Of a DNA stretch of 43,112 nucleotides, positions 38,316 through 43,112 are shown piece by piece. The position numbers and the translations under genes were made by a program. The DNA comes from Lenisia limosa (lineage: Eukaryota; Protista; Breviatea), in assembly GCA_001655205.1 (NCBI GenBank), contig LPNZ01010481.1:1-43112 (forward strand). The letters run 5' to 3'. Position 1 is the first letter of the stretch; every line of letters begins with the position of its first letter. Below the pieces are notes generated by a model, which had not been told where the DNA came from, made no database searches, and worked only from the letters and a program-made list of their open reading frames with translations.

Positions 38316-41300
38316 ATGGCAGTTTACGGAGATGAAGTTGAATATGAGGGTGTTGAAGAGCAGGAAACCCCTTCCATTGCCCAGATTATCAGTGCCGCTG
38401 AGCCTGACGTCCAGCAAGTCGCTCCAGCCCCAGCTCCCGTTGTTGTCGAGCAGACGTTGGTTTTTGCATAAAAAAACAGAGCATGTCTAACGGTTTAGGT
38501 TCAAGGTCTTTATTGGCGGCCTCAACTGGATTACCACCAATGGTGAGCCCCTCTCTGAACCTTTTCACGACGTTGTTCATCAAGAATAGCATTTAATTCT
38601 TTAGAAAACCTCAGAACGTCAATGTCTCAGTTTGGGCAGATCACCGACTCCATCGTGATGTGGGACAATGAGACAAGTGAGTTTGCGCGGCCCTCATGAA
38701 CACCGATAATTTGTAAAGTTTGGGCCATTATTGTGTCAGTTTCCACGGTTAATGTGTGGTATCTGTCTCTTCTCATAGGGTATTTCTGTCAGTCTGTAGC
38801 ATATGAGTGGTTTTTTCTCTTGATTTTTTTTTGTTTTTCGGAACCAAGCTCTAAAATCGTATGTTTTGTTGTAACTTTATTCAACTCTATTTGGTTTTGT
38901 TTATGTGTAGAGTTTCGTTTCCGTTATCATAGTTTCCCGGTAGATGGAAAATGAATTATTAATCAACACCTTGGACTAGTTAGCCAAGCCAGCAACCAAA
39001 AGCAAAAGCACATCTTTAAGACTGTGCTCATGGGTGGAGGCAAAACAAAAAATCTTTCTATTGGGGTTGCTGAAACACTAAACAGTTTACCCAAACTTTT
39101 ACCCGAAGAGACAACCCTCTGTAATTTTTTTTTGTTTTTCAGTTGGTGCAGCTGATCATTCCGTTTCCATATCGATATGTACACTCTNNNNNNNNNNNNN
39201 NNNNNNNNNNNNNNNNNNNNNNNNNNNNNNNNNNNNNNNNNNNNNNNNNNNNNNNNNNNNNNNNNNNNNNNNNNNNNNNNNNNNNNNNNNNNNNNNNNNN
39301 NNNNNNNNNNNNNNNNNNNNNNNNNNNNNNNNATGACCTGTTAATTTTACTTCACAATTCATCCTATTCCCGGAAACCCCTGGCTGTTTTTTTTTTTTTA
39401 TCCACCAAATACTCTGTTGAATGTCGACTGAAGTGTGTTTTGTGTTTCAAATCCTTATATTGGAGGTTGTGGAGATACTGATCTTGCCTTTCACCCCCAT
39501 TACCACCTCCCTTTTTTTTTTTGGTGCCATGGGCTGAAATATACTGTATACGTGTATATATTCATGTAATGTGGCCCTGTATAAAGGCTCAACTGTTTGG
39601 GCGCGATTGATTATTTTTAAGTGCGCGATTGACAAAAGAGTTTATTTATTTAAAACTATTTTTAGCTGCCTCCGTTGAAATAGTTTTGGTTTACAATTGA
39701 AATTATTTTTAATAAATAATCAGCCGCGCCCCTTCATGAGATAAAAGGGCCTGATACAGCACATAGCATAACTATCCTGATTTAGTCATACACAACAACC
39801 TGATTACCCCTATTTACCTGGGTAGAGAGGTCCCGAGGCTTTGGATTCGTGACGTTTTCGAGCCAGGATGCTGTTGACCGNNNNNNNNNNNNNNNNNNNN
39901 NNNNNNNNNNNNNNNNNNNNNNNNNNNNNNNNNNNNNNNNNNNNNNNNNNNNNNNNNNNNNNNNNNNNNNNNNNNNNNNNNNNNNNNNNNNNNNNNNNNN
40001 NNNNNNNNNNNNNNNNNNNNNNNNNNNNNNNNNNNNNNCGCTCATGAGCCTACATTACCTTCGGCAGGTTGACATTAAGAAGGCCGTGACGGGTGAGTCC
40101 AAGGCCCCCTCAGGCACCGGAATGAAACTCTTCATCGGCGGCGTGGGTCCTGATGCTATTAATGGTGGAGGGTCAAAGATTTAAAAAGTAATGCTTTTCA
40201 CTAACTTATTTACACAATATTAGTTTTGCCTTCTCTTAACAGTGCAGATGATCTGAAGGAGTGTCTCCGTGACCTCCCTGTTTCATCATGCTTCCTCCTG
40301 TACCAGCCCCATGACAAGAGCAAGTGCCGCGGTTACGGCTTTGCTGAGTTGAATGTATGTGGGAAACGCTATTTCTTGGTATTGTCAGTATATACATACA
40401 CAATATGGTCAATTCAATTTCCAGAATGAAAGATGGTGGATTCTTATGTTTTAGAGCCCTGTCACCATGGAAATGCTCAACTCAATGGCACCCTTCACCA
40501 TCAGAAATAGACCTGTAAGTAGGGCATTTGCTGTACTACATGTCCTGATTTTCTCCCGTCTAGAGTTTATAAATTGAAAGGTATTTCTGACTTTCTAGGT
40601 TGAGGTCAGAACTGCTGAGCCTCGCGAAAAGGTTTGTGAGTGCACTTAATGGTTGTGCTTTGAAAGGGCTTTCACCTGGTCCAGCACATCAATTAAAACG
40701 TCTAATTCTGTAGAAAAAGGTCCAGACTGCCCCTATGGGCATGGTCAACCCAATGATGATGGGGATGAACATGGGCATGGGCATGAACATGGGCATGAAC
40801 CCTCAGGTTTGCCTTGTTTTTGGATACTTTGTTCAAGTTCCTTAATTCTTATATAACCCCTCCAAAACTGGCATTACTGACGATTGTAGCAACTCCAGGC
40901 TCAGATCCAGCAGCTGCAGTTCTTACAACAGCTGCAGCAGCTCCAGCAACTTCAGCAGCTCCAGAGTCAACTACCCACTCAGGGCGGTCAACAACAGAAC
41001 CTCGGATTACCTGGTATGTTAAGGCTGGCTTTTGTGTTATTCGGTTCCCTTATTGTTTATGAGATAAAACAAGTTCCTCTGACAAACCAGGCGGAATGGA
41101 CCTCTCTTCTTTGTCCGCTCTGACCAGTTCGTCCGGTACTGAAGGACAAGACGCACTCACAATGGCCTCAAACAGGTGCGTGGCCATTGTCAGTGTGGAC
41201 AGTCCTTGTTTACACTTTCTAACAATGTGCTTCTTCATAAATGTTCATTATTAACCCTCTAGTGGAAGCAGTGGATCTTCAGGACATCATAGCAGCAGCA

Positions 41301-41437
41301 GCGATAGAGACAGGGACAGAGACAGAAGCAGCAGCAGTCACAGAAGCCGCGACTACGACGATTACGATGACCGTGACCGTTACTCTTCATCATCAAGACA
41401 TTCTTCCTCAAGCAGACATGGTCCTTATTCCAGATAG
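38316..41437 (+). CDS. Two-RRM RNA-binding protein (hnRNP A/D, Musashi/Hrp1-like) with MG/N-rich, Q-rich and RS/RD-rich low-complexity tail
   Basis: RRM1 has RNP2 KVFIGGL and RNP1 RSRGFGFVTF. RRM2 has LFIGGV and RGYGFAEL...VEVRTAEP. The tail contains MGMVNPMMMGMNMGMGMNMGMNPQ, QLQAQIQQLQFLQQLQQLQQLQQLQ and SDRDRDRDRSSSSHRSRDYDDYDDRDRY...GPYSR* (TAG 41435-41437). Splice phases are consistent except across the gap at 39881-40038. Confidence 0.9.
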
Positions 41438-41874
41438 CTTTGTCTATGGTTTTTTTTTGTTTCCTTGGGAAGGTTGGCTAATGTAGTTTGTTGTATTCTA
41501 TTCATCAAATGTCAAACCGGTCCGGACATTGCTCGAAAGTCGTTGATTGAGCATGGGGTGTATATATCTTTTACCATTGAGTCCCACAATAAACAACAGC
41601 CCTAAATATATTAATATTTATTATATACGGAAAAAGAAAAAAGCTAACGCATTTTAAAGTAGAGTCTTGAGGAACGATCGTATTCAAGTGAAGACTGAGA
41701 CTGTCGCTAAGTAGGTATGGTGTAAAGGTACCCGAAAACAGTAATATAATTGTCTTAAATACTTGAATCTTCAACCATCTACCACTTTCCCAAACTGATG
41801 ATAGCGCCGCTTTGGTTTTCAATTTCTGTGCCTTTCCTTCAGCCCTTCTTGCCTCCGTTTCACAATATTTAGTA

Positions 41875-43112
<1,238 letters not shown>

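Noticed and set aside
38960-39530. Nested antisense gene (MAPKKKRE...) in RRM intron 2
   Set aside because: It depends on an A homopolymer, gave no coherent spliced ORF and is interrupted by a gap.
178-40184. Long ORFs in the track containing X runs (e.g. 14058-14714, 32173-32655)
   Set aside because: They are open only because they cross N gaps; they are assembly artefacts.

Overview
Eukaryotic nuclear DNA from a draft assembly (18 N gaps, 8 of them directly after a G or C homopolymer). It is gene-dense, very intron-rich, uses GT-AG introns and the standard genetic code. The six-frame ORF track is largely uninformative, so I spliced genes by hand. Nine genes result: (1) a 5'-truncated Cys-rich repeat + Sushi + single-TM surface protein built from a repeated two-exon module (+); (2) a TPR + zf-MYND protein (+); (3) a GAL4-type Zn(II)2Cys6 transcription factor whose DNA-binding domain is split over three exons (-); (4) OSTC/DC2 (+); (5) a secreted His/Met-rich protein, possibly ependymin/LolA-like (-); (6) a ~12.8-kb multi-TM TmcB-like + PAS + class III nucleotidyl cyclase (+); (7) an LRRC49-like LRR protein (-); (8) a two-RRM hnRNP-like protein (+); (9) a 3'-truncated mitochondrial adrenodoxin-type ferredoxin (+). 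The content suggests a mitochondriate, probably flagellated protist, but I cannot place the lineage. The most notable observations are strand-polarised G-runs at intron 5' ends and C-runs at 3' ends, intronic minisatellites that copy splice sites (8 tandem AG acceptors in one intron), a candidate poison exon in the RRM gene, the Zn2Cys6 factor in an apparently non-fungal genome, and the sensor cyclase with an E/T specificity pair. No RNA genes, CRISPR arrays or transposons were supported. Exon boundaries are by eye, protein family matches are from memory with no database search, and some exons are hidden in gaps.
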